64,000 nt of DNA from a bacterium (GCA_037368805.1 JAXYDM010000009.1:1851-65850), one strand, 5' to 3'. Shown: positions 20,848 through 29,954, counted from the stretch's first letter. Made by a program: numbers and translations. The notes: generated from the letters alone by a model not told the origin.

Positions 20848-22131
20848 ATGGAAACATTGTTTTGCATTTCTACAGCTCTTGCAGCGGGCCTCTTTATGAC
20901 CCGCCCCGCAAAGAAACTCGGCCTGCCCGCGGTCACGGCGTACCTCGTTGCGGGCATCCTCATCGGCCCCTACTGCCTCGGCAGGCTCGGCATAGAGGGT
21001 CTGGGCTTCGTCTCCGCCGAGAGCGTTCAGGCGCTCGGGCTTTTCTCCGATGTTGCGCTGGGCTTCATAGCCTTTGCTATAGGCAACGAATTCAGGCTCT
21101 CGCAGCTCAAAAAAATTGGAGGGAAGGCCACCTTTATCGGTATTTTGCAGGCAGTCATAACAGCAGCTGTCGTTGACGCCGCGCTGCTCGTGCTGCATAT
21201 ATTCCTCGGCGAGAAGCTTCCCGTGCCCATGGCGCTGACCCTCGGTGCAATTGCGGCGGCGACCGCCCCTGCGGCGACCCTCATGGTCGTGAGGCAGTAT
21301 AAGGCAAAGGGCAAGCTGACCGACCTGCTGCTCCCGATAGTCGCTATCGACGACGCCGTAGGCCTTGTCGTATTCTCCGTCTCGTTCGGCGTGGCAAGGG
21401 CCATGGTCAACGGCGAATTCAGCATAATCTCTATCGCCGTCGAGCCGATAATCGAGATAGTCTGCTCGCTGGCGCTCGGCGCTCTGATGGGCGTGCTCTT
21501 CACCTTCTGCGAAAAATTCTTCAACTCAAACAGCAAGCGTCTCTGCCTGTCGCTGACCTTCGTGCTCTTTACGGTCGCGATCTCAAAGCTCGAATTTGAG
21601 ATAGGCGGCGTGCATATCGGCTTCTCCGCCCTGCTCGTCTGCATGATGCTCGGCACGATATTCTGCAACATGTGCGATTTCTCCGCCGAGATCATGGACA
21701 AGACCGACAAATGGACTGTGCCGCTCTTCGCTCTCTTCTTTGTTATCAGCGGTGCGGAGCTGGAGCTTAACGTATTCTCCGACCCCGCGATAATCGGCAT
21801 CGGTGCGGCTTACATACTTTCCCGCTCGGCGGGCAAATACATCGGCGCATTCTCAAGCTGCAAGATGGCGAAATGCGACGAAAAGACCACCCGCTACCTC
21901 GGCGTGACGCTGCTGCCCCAGGCGGGCGTGGCGCTCGGAATGTCGGTCACGGTCATGGAATTGGGCGACATCGGCTCGATAATCAGAAATATCATTCTTT
22001 TCTCCGTGCTGGTCTATGAGCTGCTCGGCCCCGTGCTCACCAAGATAGCGCTGACCAAGGCTGGCGACATCACCGAGAAGCCGAAGGAGAAGGAGCGCAA
22101 GCACCGCACTCCCCCCGCGAAGATAAATTAA
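20848..22131 (+). CDS. cation:proton antiporter (Na+/H+ exchanger, CPA family)
   Basis: 427 aa with about 12 TM helices. N-terminus LGLPAVTAYLVAGILIGPYCLG is typical of Kef/NapA-like exchangers. Confidence 0.8.
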   Translation: METLFCISTALAAGLFMTRPAKKLGLPAVTAYLVAGILIGPYCLGRLGIEGLGFVSAESVQALGLFSDVALGFIAFAIGNEFRLSQLKKIGGKATFIGILQAVITAAVVDAALLVLHIFLGEKLPVPMALTLGAIAAATAPAATLMVVRQYKAKGKLTDLLLPIVAIDDAVGLVVFSVSFGVARAMVNGEFSIISIAVEPIIEIVCSLALGALMGVLFTFCEKFFNSNSKRLCLSLTFVLFTVAISKLEFEIGGVHIGFSALLVCMMLGTIFCNMCDFSAEIMDKTDKWTVPLFALFFVISGAELELNVFSDPAIIGIGAAYILSRSAGKYIGAFSSCKMAKCDEKTTRYLGVTLLPQAGVALGMSVTVMELGDIGSIIRNIILFSVLVYELLGPVLTKIALTKAGDITEKPKEKERKHRTPPAKIN

Positions 22132-22143
22132 ACAGCTTCAAAA

Positions 22144-22206
22144 AATCCTGCGAAAACTCTAATGTCCGTTTTTTACGGACTTGTTCAAAAACGCAGGATT
22201 TTTTTG
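22144..22206 (+). terminator. compound terminator after the antiporter gene
   Basis: Outer stem AATCCTGCG (22144-22152) / CGCAGGATT (22192-22200) plus TTTTT. Inner hairpin GTCCGT/ACGGAC (22164-22180). Confidence 0.7.
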
Positions 22207-22303
22207 CGATTTCGAAATGAATGTGTTGTAATATTTTTAAAAAAGCGGAAATCCTTGTATTTTCAAGGGTTTTCGCTTTTTCTTGTTACTAAACTGTTAC
22301 TAC

Positions 22304-22993
22304 TTATTTTAGAAGGTTGATTGCTTCCTTCAATTCCTCAATAGTTTTATGGGTGTAAACTCTTTCACCAACTTCCTTTGACTTATGCCCCATCATTAAA
22401 TCAATGCAGACTTTATTTGCACCGGCAGAATCCAATCTTGACCGGAAAGTGTGTCGGCATTCGTGCGGTGTATGGTGTATTTTAAGTTCATCCATAACCC
22501 GATTCCAAAAGATATAATACTGACTTGTGGAAAGTTTCTTTCCGTTGTATGAAAATAAATACTTTCCGGTTTCGGTCATTCGCTGCTTAACAAACTTCTG
22601 AATTCGTGGATGAATTGGAACAATTCTATCTTTACCGGCTTTGGTCTTGATACCGCCCTTCACAGTCATCTGTTCAAGATCAACATTTGCTTTTTCAATC
22701 GTCAGCATTTCACCGATTCGGAAACCTGTATATAGCAGAAACAAAACACTGTCACACCATTCTTGACATTCAATATCCCAAACCGATGTTATTGGGATAA
22801 ACACAAGCGGAAAGTTGAAATCTGTCGGTCTGCCGTGGGAAGGGTTTAATTCTGAAAAATCTGCAAAAACCATTGTTTCTGATATAAACAAAATTGTTAG
22901 TACGAAACAAGCAATTGTTTTTGATAATGCGTTCACCTCGATTAGCTTGTGCAAAAAAATAAATTTTTTAAACATAGACCAGTTGAATTTCAA
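22304..22993 (-). pseudogene. tyrosine recombinase/integrase, 5'-truncated (catalytic domain only)
   Basis: From about aa 75 the sequence is integrase-like: LLYTGFRIGE (Arg), GGIKTKAGKDRIVPI (Lys), HECRHTF (HxxR), MMGH, ERVYTH (Tyr). The first roughly 70 aa of the ORF are not integrase-like and no core-binding N-domain is present. Confidence 0.7.
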
Positions 22994-23155
22994 ATTCAGA
23001 TGCCTTCAGGAACAAAAGGTTTGGTCACAGATAATTGGAAGGAAAGTGAATTTATCACAAAACCCGGGACTGGGCTTGAAATTTTAGGCGCAAGGGAGTA
23101 TAATAATAACGGTAATGTTGGAGTTACTATTTTTGCAAAAATCATTCAAGACTAA
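22949..23155 (+). pseudogene. C-terminal fragment of an ADP-ribosyltransferase toxin domain
   Basis: The frame opens only at 22946 (TAG at 22943). VEFQIQMPSGTKGLVTDNWKESEFITKPGTGLEIL matches the ART pattern hxVPxGTKGxxI..S.F..ExE.hh.xG..hxI (ARTT loop and ExE). The N-terminal Arg and STS regions are absent. Confidence 0.5.
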
Positions 23156-23170
23156 GGTGGTGAAGAACAA

Positions 23171-23512
23171 TTGAATACGATAAAGGAAATATTATACAAT
23201 TCATTCAGCGACGCTGCAATTCTTTCTGCTGCTATTTGTGGGCAGTTAGAAGATGTTTCATATTGTTCTGAACACGGTATGAATCATATGAATGGTGGTA
23301 GAGAAGAAGCGAAATGGAATGCTGAAATGAAAAAGGCGGATGTCTATGCACAAAGAGATAATTTTGAAACTTTCAATAAATCAAACATTGATAATTTCAA
23401 AAAGAAGGTAAAAAAGTTTTTATCCGATAACCCGAACACCAGAATATTTGATAGGTTATCTGATAAAGAAAAATTCGCTGTTCGATATTTTTACTATCAC
23501 GGCATCTATTGA
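23171..23512 (+). CDS. hypothetical 113-aa protein (candidate cognate immunity protein)
   Basis: Begins 15 nt after the toxin-tail ORF; TTG start after GGTGGTGAAG. No homology recognised, so the call rests on position only. Confidence 0.35.
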   Translation: MNTIKEILYNSFSDAAILSAAICGQLEDVSYCSEHGMNHMNGGREEAKWNAEMKKADVYAQRDNFETFNKSNIDNFKKKVKKFLSDNPNTRIFDRLSDKEKFAVRYFYYHGIY

Positions 23513-23661
23513 TTTCAAACAATTAAATTTATTGATTCAAGTATCTTGCATTTGCAGGGTGCTTTTTTTATACCCTTCTTCAAAGGTCAGAAGTAAAACA
23601 GAGTATTTCAAAACAAGACGAAACTTGTAAAAATCGTAATTTGAAAGTGAGGAAATAAACA

Positions 23662-23778
23662 ATGACTTTACAGGAAATTCTCAAAGCAAAAGGTTTGGAT
23701 GATAAAGCAGTTGAAGAAAAAGATTGCAACGGCAAACGGGTTCACACCTTACTTGGGCACGGCGAAACAGAATGTTAA
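23662..23778 (+). pseudogene. phage scaffold (GP20-like) N-terminal scrap
   Basis: MTLQEILKAKGLDDKAVEE... resembles the common start of Firmicutes phage scaffolding proteins, then stops after 38 codons. GAGGAAA SD. Recognised from memory only. Confidence 0.3.
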
Positions 23779-23834
23779 AATGCTTGAACTGTTCAAACAG
23801 GGCAAATTAATAAAACCTTAAAGGGGGATTAATT

Positions 23835-23990
23835 ATGAACGAAATTACAGAATTCCTGAAGAATGCCTTTGATTCTTTTATGGGAACGGAGCTGCCGAAA
23901 CTGACGTTGACAAACCTTGTTGACGTGTTCAAATATTCGGCTGAAACATTCATTTCTCTTGCGTACAAGTATATTGAAATCTTCTTTTAA
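23835..23990 (+). CDS. small protein (51 aa), weak paralog of the 60-aa ORF at 11902-12084
   Basis: Protein is MNEITEFLKNAFDSFMGTELPKLTLTNLVDVFKYSAETFISLAYKYIEIFF. AAGGGGG SD lies 7 nt upstream. Followed by a terminator. Confidence 0.5.
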   Translation: MNEITEFLKNAFDSFMGTELPKLTLTNLVDVFKYSAETFISLAYKYIEIFF

Positions 23991-24005
23991 TTGAATCATT
24001 CTAAA

Positions 24006-24052
24006 GGAAAAGCGGGGTAGTCTGGAAAAGGCTATCCCGCTTTTCCTGTTTG
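24006..24052 (+). terminator. terminator at the right edge of the AT-rich island
   Basis: 15-bp stem GGAAAAGCGGGGTAG (24006-24020) / CTATCCCGCTTTTCC (24032-24046) with one G-T pair. Confidence 0.6.
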
Positions 24053-24140
24053 AAATTTGTTACTATCTTGATACTAACCATAATAATCACTGGTCACTTA
24101 GAAACTGAACAAAGCCCAGAAAACACTGTGTTTCAGGCAG

Positions 24141-24169
24141 TTGCAAATTGAACAAAATTATGTTATAAT
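24141..24169 (+). promoter_or_regulatory. sigma-A promoter of the lipase-like gene
   Basis: TTGCAA (24141-24146), 17-nt spacer, TGt-TATAAT (TATAAT at 24164-24169). Confidence 0.55.
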
Positions 24170-24208
24170 AAATTGTCATAACTATCTTTAGGGAAAGGTG
24201 ATAAGAAA

Positions 24209-26125
24209 ATGAAAAAATTTACGGCGATACTCCTGTGCGTTTGCCTGCTCATTGCGCCCTGCCTGTTCACGGCGTCGGCAAATGCGGAGGTTACCGGCAA
24301 GCTGACCGATTACCCGGTCATCATCGTGCCCGGCTACAGCTCCTCCGCTCTCTATTACGGCGACAGCATTGAGACCGGCGAGCATGTCTGGGGCATCAAC
24401 ATGGATCTCATCATGGAGCGCGTGCTCAAAAACATTGCGAAAATCGGCGTGGGTCTCGGCAAAATGACCGTGGGCGACGCAGAATACATCGCCAAGGTTG
24501 TCGGTGAGGAATTCATCACAATGTTTGACAAAATGCGCTGCAACCCCGACGGCTCAAGCGTTTACGAGCTCAAGCGCTACTACTCCACCGCCGAGGAGAC
24601 CAACGACATCACCCTGATGAATCTCTACCCGAGCGGCAGCTACCGCCACGAGAAGGATATCTCCGCCGAGATCGCCGAATACATCGGCCACGGCAAGATA
24701 TACAACTTCAACTGCGATTTCAGAATGGGCAGCGAATTCTGCGCCACTCAGCTTGACGAATACATACAGTCCGTTAAGGAATACAGCGGCAAGGATAAGG
24801 TGAATATCTTCGCAGTCAGCCACGGCGGTCAGGTCACCGCAACCTATCTCAACCTTTTCGGCTACAAAAACGACGTTGACAACGCCGTTATGACTATCCC
24901 CGCCATCGGCGGCGCGGCCCTCGCCTACGACCTCGCCTCCTGCAACGCAGCCCTCGATGAGGAATGCCTGCTCCGCTTCATCGAGCACGGCATGAGGTGG
25001 GAGGAGGATTACGACTGGCTCGTTAAAGCGCAACAGCTCGGCTTCCTCGACAAGGTCATAAATGCCCTCATCCCCTATGTTTTTGAGATAATGGGCTTCT
25101 GGGGTAGCATTTGGGATTTCATCCCCGCCGACAAATATGAGGAAGTGAAGGCTCAGCTCCTTGACCCCGTCGAGAGCGCGGAGCTTATCGCTAAGTGCGA
25201 CCGCTTCCACTACGAGATACTGCCCAAGATGGGCGAGAAATTCGCCGAGTGCAGAGCAAACGGCATGAATATCTCGATAATCGCGGGCACGGGCAACAAC
25301 TCCGTCACCGGTATGCAGGTCAACTCCGACGGCATAATCCCCACCTACTGCTCCACCGGCGCCACCTGCGCCCCGATAGGCTGGAGATTCGCCGACGGCT
25401 ACACCCAGGTGAATGACTGCGACGGCAAATACAAGGTCTCGCCCGACATGACCGTGGACGCCTCCACCGCCTATATGCCCGACAACACCTGGTTTGTCGA
25501 CGGTCTCTTCCACGGCATGACCTACTGGGATAATTACACCCGCGTGCTGCTGATGAAGCTGCTGCTGACCGACGATCTCACCGACGTTTACTCCGACCCC
25601 GCTTATCCGCAGTTCAGATACACCTCGAACCCGTCCTCAACCGTCTATTTTGAATTTGAGAACGGCGCCCCCGGCTATATCGACGGCAATTCGGGTATGC
25701 TGAGGGTCACCAACGTCTGCAAGGAGAGCAAGGTGCGCCTCACCGCCGTCAACTGCGACGGACTGAACCTTAAATTCAAGGTCGACCCCGCCAAGAGCCT
25801 TGCCCCCGGCGAGAGCATTCTGATCCCCTATGAGGGCGAGATCCCCGAGGTGAGCCTGCACACGGTCAGGATAACCGTCTACTACGCAATGGGTAACGCC
25901 ACCCCGTTCAATTACAGGACGGAGGCCTTCACAGTGATGAACGGCGAAGCCGTCGAGAAGGTCGGCGACTACCGCAAGAGCACCGAGGTCACCCCCTTTG
26001 ACACGCTCATAGGCGACAACTTTGCGGCATTCCTGCAAAAGCTCGGCCTCAAGGAATTCTTCACGATGATCTACACCGTCATGTGCTATTGGTTCCGCAC
26101 CTTGACGGGCTTTATTACAAAGTAA
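24209..26125 (+). CDS. secreted alpha/beta-hydrolase, lipase/esterase-like, with C-terminal hydrophobic anchor
   Basis: 638 aa. Signal peptide MKKFTAILLCVCLLIAPCLFTASANA and nucleophile elbow FAVSHGGQ (AxSxG, lipase-like). Hydrophobic C-terminal tail FFTMIYTVMCYWF. Confidence 0.65.
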   Translation: MKKFTAILLCVCLLIAPCLFTASANAEVTGKLTDYPVIIVPGYSSSALYYGDSIETGEHVWGINMDLIMERVLKNIAKIGVGLGKMTVGDAEYIAKVVGEEFITMFDKMRCNPDGSSVYELKRYYSTAEETNDITLMNLYPSGSYRHEKDISAEIAEYIGHGKIYNFNCDFRMGSEFCATQLDEYIQSVKEYSGKDKVNIFAVSHGGQVTATYLNLFGYKNDVDNAVMTIPAIGGAALAYDLASCNAALDEECLLRFIEHGMRWEEDYDWLVKAQQLGFLDKVINALIPYVFEIMGFWGSIWDFIPADKYEEVKAQLLDPVESAELIAKCDRFHYEILPKMGEKFAECRANGMNISIIAGTGNNSVTGMQVNSDGIIPTYCSTGATCAPIGWRFADGYTQVNDCDGKYKVSPDMTVDASTAYMPDNTWFVDGLFHGMTYWDNYTRVLLMKLLLTDDLTDVYSDPAYPQFRYTSNPSSTVYFEFENGAPGYIDGNSGMLRVTNVCKESKVRLTAVNCDGLNLKFKVDPAKSLAPGESILIPYEGEIPEVSLHTVRITVYYAMGNATPFNYRTEAFTVMNGEAVEKVGDYRKSTEVTPFDTLIGDNFAAFLQKLGLKEFFTMIYTVMCYWFRTLTGFITK

Positions 26126-26201
26126 ATAAGGCAAAAACGGAGCTGCCCCGCCGAAAGGTGAGACAGCTCCGTTATTTATATCTTAAATTAATTTTGTTAC
26201 G

Positions 26202-26750
26202 TCACGCCTCGAAGCGCATGGCCTCCACACGGTCGTAAACATAGGCGTCGACGGCGGTGAACACCTGCCTGCCGAGGGCGATATACGGCTCGTAATCGTC
26301 CTTGTCGCAGAGCATGGCAAAATTCCTGCCTATCTCCCGTTCGACATCTTTATTTTTTCTGACAGGAAGATAATAGAACGAGAACGACGAGCCTTCATAG
26401 ATATTTGCAAACAGCCCCTCGGCGTTCTGCTCCAGCTCGGCATAGAGCGCATTCGTCGCCTGCGTTGCAAGCACGGGATGCGGCATATATTTATGCAGCG
26501 CAAGCTGCGCCGAGAATATCATCAGCACCCGAAGCTGAAAAAGGACGTTGTTCGGCAGGCCCGATGTCTGCTCGGGGCAAAGGCTCTCGGGCGAAATGGA
26601 GGCAAGGTCTTTGCCCAGCTCCTCCGCCTTCTTTGCGTTGCCGTTGCGCCTGAATTCATCCGTCAAAGCGGCGAGCGCGGCAAAATCGGCGCCCGGGTTA
26701 TCGCTCTTTTTGGGGTGAAAGATCTTTACATCATCGTCGTTCGTTCTCAT
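26202..26750 (-). CDS. hypothetical protein (182 aa)
   Basis: Lies 3 nt downstream of the PHP gene on the same strand. No family recognised. Confidence 0.5.
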   Translation of the reverse strand: MRTNDDDVKIFHPKKSDNPGADFAALAALTDEFRRNGNAKKAEELGKDLASISPESLCPEQTSGLPNNVLFQLRVLMIFSAQLALHKYMPHPVLATQATNALYAELEQNAEGLFANIYEGSSFSFYYLPVRKNKDVEREIGRNFAMLCDKDDYEPYIALGRQVFTAVDAYVYDRVEAMRFEA

Positions 26751-26753
26751 GGT

Positions 26754-27617
26754 TTACCTTTCTTCCTGCTTTGCTTTCTTTCTTTTAATCTTTGATTTGT
26801 ATGTAAGCAGCGCCTTGACCGCCTGATCGGGGGCGGAGTAAGCGCCGACGCTCAGCGGCTTCTTTGAATACATTCCTCTGAATTCCGTGCCGCCCGTGAC
26901 GAGTATGCCCGCCGACTTGGCCTTGTCGAGCAGAGCTGCGGTCTGCTCCTCGGAATTCTCGGGGTGCCACGCTTCAACGCCGTCAAGCCCGAGAGGGATA
27001 AGCTCGTCGAGCAGCTCGAAGCTGTCTGTCTGGCCGGGGTGAGCGAGCACGGCAATGCCGCCCGCCTCATGAATGTCTTCTATTATCTGAGCCGGCTCGG
27101 GGTAATTCGCCCTGACGAGCACGTTCTGCGGGCTGTCGGGTGAGAAAAGCTCGTAATAAAGCTCGCCGAAGATCCTGTCCGTCATGCCGCACTCGAGCAG
27201 AGCGTGCATTATATGCTGCTCAAAGACCGCCGTCGAGCCGGTGGCGCATTTGAGCACCAATTCCGGGGTGAGCGGGTATCTCTGAGCCGCTTTAAGAGTC
27301 ATCATCTGGCTGGCCCGTTTCCTTGCGACCACATTCCTGTGGCAAAGCCCCTCAAGCCTGTCGGGGCTGTCGCTCAGGTAGCAGAGAATGTCCGCATATC
27401 TTTCTCTCTTTGAGTCGTAAGCCGATATCTCGACGCCGGGGATAACGGTCACACCCCTGCGTTCGCCGATTATTTTAGCTCTCACCGTGCCCGCCTGGCA
27501 GTCACGGTCCGTTATAGCAATAGTGTCCACGCCACGCTTCTGAGCAAGCACAATAAGGTCATCGATCCCCATGGAGCTGTCCGAAAGCTTGGTGTGGCAA
27601 TGTAGATCTCCAGCCAT
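26754..27617 (-). CDS. PHP-domain metal-dependent phosphoesterase
   Basis: ATG at 27617 follows AAGAGGT. Starts MAGDLHCHTKLSDSSMGIDDLIVLAQKRGVDTIAITDRD, a PHP motif; contains LAHPG. Confidence 0.8.
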   Translation of the reverse strand: MAGDLHCHTKLSDSSMGIDDLIVLAQKRGVDTIAITDRDCQAGTVRAKIIGERRGVTVIPGVEISAYDSKRERYADILCYLSDSPDRLEGLCHRNVVARKRASQMMTLKAAQRYPLTPELVLKCATGSTAVFEQHIMHALLECGMTDRIFGELYYELFSPDSPQNVLVRANYPEPAQIIEDIHEAGGIAVLAHPGQTDSFELLDELIPLGLDGVEAWHPENSEEQTAALLDKAKSAGILVTGGTEFRGMYSKKPLSVGAYSAPDQAVKALLTYKSKIKRKKAKQEER

Positions 27618-27852
27618 GTTTTTACCTCTTTCAAAAAATCGCAATAATACCTCAATATATACCTATTATATCCCTTTTTACCGCTCGACGCAAGTGATTT
27701 TTAAAATATTTATAAACTGAATATTAACACTATCTAACTTTTAGCTAAGGCACATGTCTAACGCGGCAGCGTGATTTTACGGCTGCTCCGTCGAATACCG
27801 CTGTCGGCTCTGCAACAAAAAACGGCGGGACAACCCGCCGTATCATTTGATT

Positions 27853-28686
27853 TTACCCCTCTCTGCTTCTGCGCCAGTGGAAGAGATACTGCTGGGCGAT
27901 GCCCCTCACACCCTCGGCGCATTCGGGCAGACCGTTCGGGTAAAGCTCCTGCATTATCCGCCTGACCCAGACATCCACGGGGAAGGCGTCGACCTTGCCG
28001 AAGCCGTAGAGCAGCGTGCATTCTGCGACTTTTGCGCCGACGCCCTTGATCTTGATAAGCTCCTCGCGCCCGTAATCAAGCCCCTCGGCGGCGATGCGGT
28101 CAAAATCTATTTCGCCCCTCGACACCTTTTGAGCGGCGTCGATTATGTATTTCGCGCGGAAGCCCGCCCTTATGGGCGCAAGCCCCTCGACCCCCGCCGC
28201 GGCAACGGCCTCGGGAGTCGGAAAGGCATAGTCCTCACCTCCGAGCGGCTCGCCGAGCAGGCGGCACAGGCGGTCGATTATCCCCTTGATACGGGGAATG
28301 TTATTATTCTGCGATATGATGAAAGAGCAGAGCGCCTCCCACGGCTCCTGCCGCAGAATGCGTATGCCTGGGAACTCCGTCACGGCGGCGCGCATATATT
28401 CATCCGCTTTCAGCCGCTCGCAGACGGCGGAATAATCACGGTCAAGGTCAAAATATCTCCGCCAAATCTCCTCGAACTCCGCTTCGTCGGCGCCGCGAAA
28501 GGTCACGGTCTCTCCGTTTTGATATACCGTCAGCGGCCTCCCGTAAGCCACGCCGTGCCAGCCGCCGTCGGGCTGCTGCGCCCAGCGGAACGCCTGACCG
28601 CAGTCGAGAGTGAGGGCAGCGTCAAGGCACGGGCAGGTCAGCGTGATCTCCTTCGTTTCAGCTTTGTTTTCGTTTATAACGGGCAT
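27853..28686 (-). CDS. ogg: 8-oxoguanine DNA glycosylase (Ogg, HhH-GPD family)
   Basis: 277 aa. Contains LDCGQAFRW, EALCSFIISQNNNI and HhH-GPD IKGVGAKVAECTLLYGFGKVDAFPVDVWV. Confidence 0.8.
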   Translation of the reverse strand: MPVINENKAETKEITLTCPCLDAALTLDCGQAFRWAQQPDGGWHGVAYGRPLTVYQNGETVTFRGADEAEFEEIWRRYFDLDRDYSAVCERLKADEYMRAAVTEFPGIRILRQEPWEALCSFIISQNNNIPRIKGIIDRLCRLLGEPLGGEDYAFPTPEAVAAAGVEGLAPIRAGFRAKYIIDAAQKVSRGEIDFDRIAAEGLDYGREELIKIKGVGAKVAECTLLYGFGKVDAFPVDVWVRRIMQELYPNGLPECAEGVRGIAQQYLFHWRRSREG

Positions 28687-28773
28687 TACAAATTCTCCAA
28701 ACTGTAATATTTTTATTCATTGCTGCACAAAATTTGCAGCGAAATCTTCGACTTTTTTCACGCTTTTGTAAAG

Positions 28774-28891
28774 AGCGGATAACCTTATGTATACTTCCAA
28801 AACGGCAATATAAGTTCTCCACACGGCAAAACTCTTGAAAAACAAGCCTTTAAGCGGTCGGTTATTCACGTTTTCCACGGGGTTTTCCACT
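28774..28891 (+). promoter_or_regulatory. cluster of DnaA-box-like 9-mers in the ogg / small-ORF divergent intergenic region
   Basis: TTCTCCACA (28815-28823), TTATTCACG (28862-28870), TTTTCCACG (28871-28879) and TTTTCCACT (28883-28891) on the plus strand. One inverted box, AGCGGATAA (28774-28782). Consensus is TTATCCACA. Confidence 0.4.
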
Positions 28892-29057
28892 TTTTCTGAT
28901 GAAAAGCCGGCTATACTGCGAGTATAATTTTCTTGTGCTTTCGGTTTTTGTCCCGATCTGCGGGAAATACGCCGCTCCGTATCCGAAACCTCGGAATAAA
29001 AGCTCCCTCAATTGCCCAAAATAACATAGAAATGCAGCAGAAGGGAGCTAATGTATC

Positions 29058-29330
29058 TTGATAAAGGGTGTAAACCGTCAGGTCGTTGAAATAACACAGA
29101 CTCAGTGCGAATACTTTGAAAAAGTTCTGTTTTTTATAAAGCCGGAGTACTCGGCCGTCAGCGAGGGCGACCTGAGGGAACGGGCGACGATAATCGCCCA
29201 GAGCGCGGGGATGCCTCCTGCCGTGAGACTGCGTAAAAACAAGCTGCGGGCGGCGCTGAATATGAGCGTTGCGGCGTGCATAGGGGCGGCGGTCAGCGCG
29301 GCGGCATTCCTGCTGTCGTCATTTATCTGA
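29058..29330 (+). CDS. small protein with C-terminal TM helix, unknown function
   Basis: 90 aa, TTG start. Starts IKGVNRQVVEITQTQCEYFEKVLFFIKPEY. Its end overlaps the nth stop region by 12 nt (convergent). Confidence 0.45.
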   Translation: MIKGVNRQVVEITQTQCEYFEKVLFFIKPEYSAVSEGDLRERATIIAQSAGMPPAVRLRKNKLRAALNMSVAACIGAAVSAAAFLLSSFI

Positions 29331-29954
29331 CAGCGCCTTGGCGCAGAAGCCGCTCATAACGCATTCGCCGCACTTCGGCCTGCCGGCAACGCAGGTGTCC
29401 CTGCCGTGCAGCACGCAGCGGTGGCAGAAATCATTGCTCTTCTCGGGCGGGAGCAGCTCACGCAGGCGCAGCTCGACCTTGTAGGGATCCTTGGTCGAGA
29501 CAAGCCCGAGCAGGTTGGATATCCTTATCAGATGCGTGTCGGCGACGACCGCCGGCTCGCCGTAAACATCACCCATGATGAGATTCGCCGTCTTCCTGCC
29601 GACCCCGGGCAGCGAAGTGAGCGCCTCTATGGAATCGGGCACCTTCCCGCCGAAATCGTCGATGATCTTGCGGCACATTCCGATGATGTCCCTTGCCTTC
29701 GTCCTGAAAAATCCGCAGGAACGGATGAGGGCTTCGACCTCCTCGGGTGCGGCTGCCGCAAAGTCCTCGGCGGTTTTGTATTTCTCAAAAAGCGCGGGGG
29801 TCACGAGATTCACACGCGCGTCGGTGCATTGAGCGGACAGGCGAGTGGCTATCAGCAGCTGCAGCGGATTCATCGCGTTCAGCGAGCATATCGCATCGGG
29901 ATACTTCTTCTCCAGCGCCTCCACCGCAAGCAGCGCTCTCTCTTTATCGGTCAT
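29319..29954 (-). CDS. nth: endonuclease III
   Basis: 211 aa. HhH LPGVGRKTANLIMG and a 4Fe-4S cluster Cx6Cx2Cx5C at the C-terminus. Confidence 0.9.
   Translation of the reverse strand: MTDKERALLAVEALEKKYPDAICSLNAMNPLQLLIATRLSAQCTDARVNLVTPALFEKYKTAEDFAAAAPEEVEALIRSCGFFRTKARDIIGMCRKIIDDFGGKVPDSIEALTSLPGVGRKTANLIMGDVYGEPAVVADTHLIRISNLLGLVSTKDPYKVELRLRELLPPEKSNDFCHRCVLHGRDTCVAGRPKCGECVMSGFCAKALSDK

Larger units (their letters stand above)
22207..24066. mobile_element. AT-rich decayed integrative/phage-like element remnant
   Basis: G+C drops abruptly by eye relative to both flanks. Contains a truncated tyrosine recombinase, a toxin tail, a phage scaffold-like scrap and small ORFs. Bounded by terminators at 22144-22206 and 24006-24052. 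Confidence 0.65.

Noticed and set aside
22283-22291. 9-nt direct repeat TTGTTACTA (also at 24057-24065) as att sites of the AT-rich island.
   Set aside because: In AT-rich DNA, a 9-mer match between two ~200-nt boundary zones has a substantial chance probability (about 0.1-0.2), and there is no extension of identity. Mentioned in the island finding only as a weak hint.
28687-29057. Chromosomal replication origin (oriC).
   Set aside because: DnaA-like boxes are present, but there is no dnaA/dnaN neighbourhood and no extended AT-rich unwinding element. Most boxes carry 2 mismatches. Downgraded to a DnaA-box cluster or regulatory-site hypothesis.
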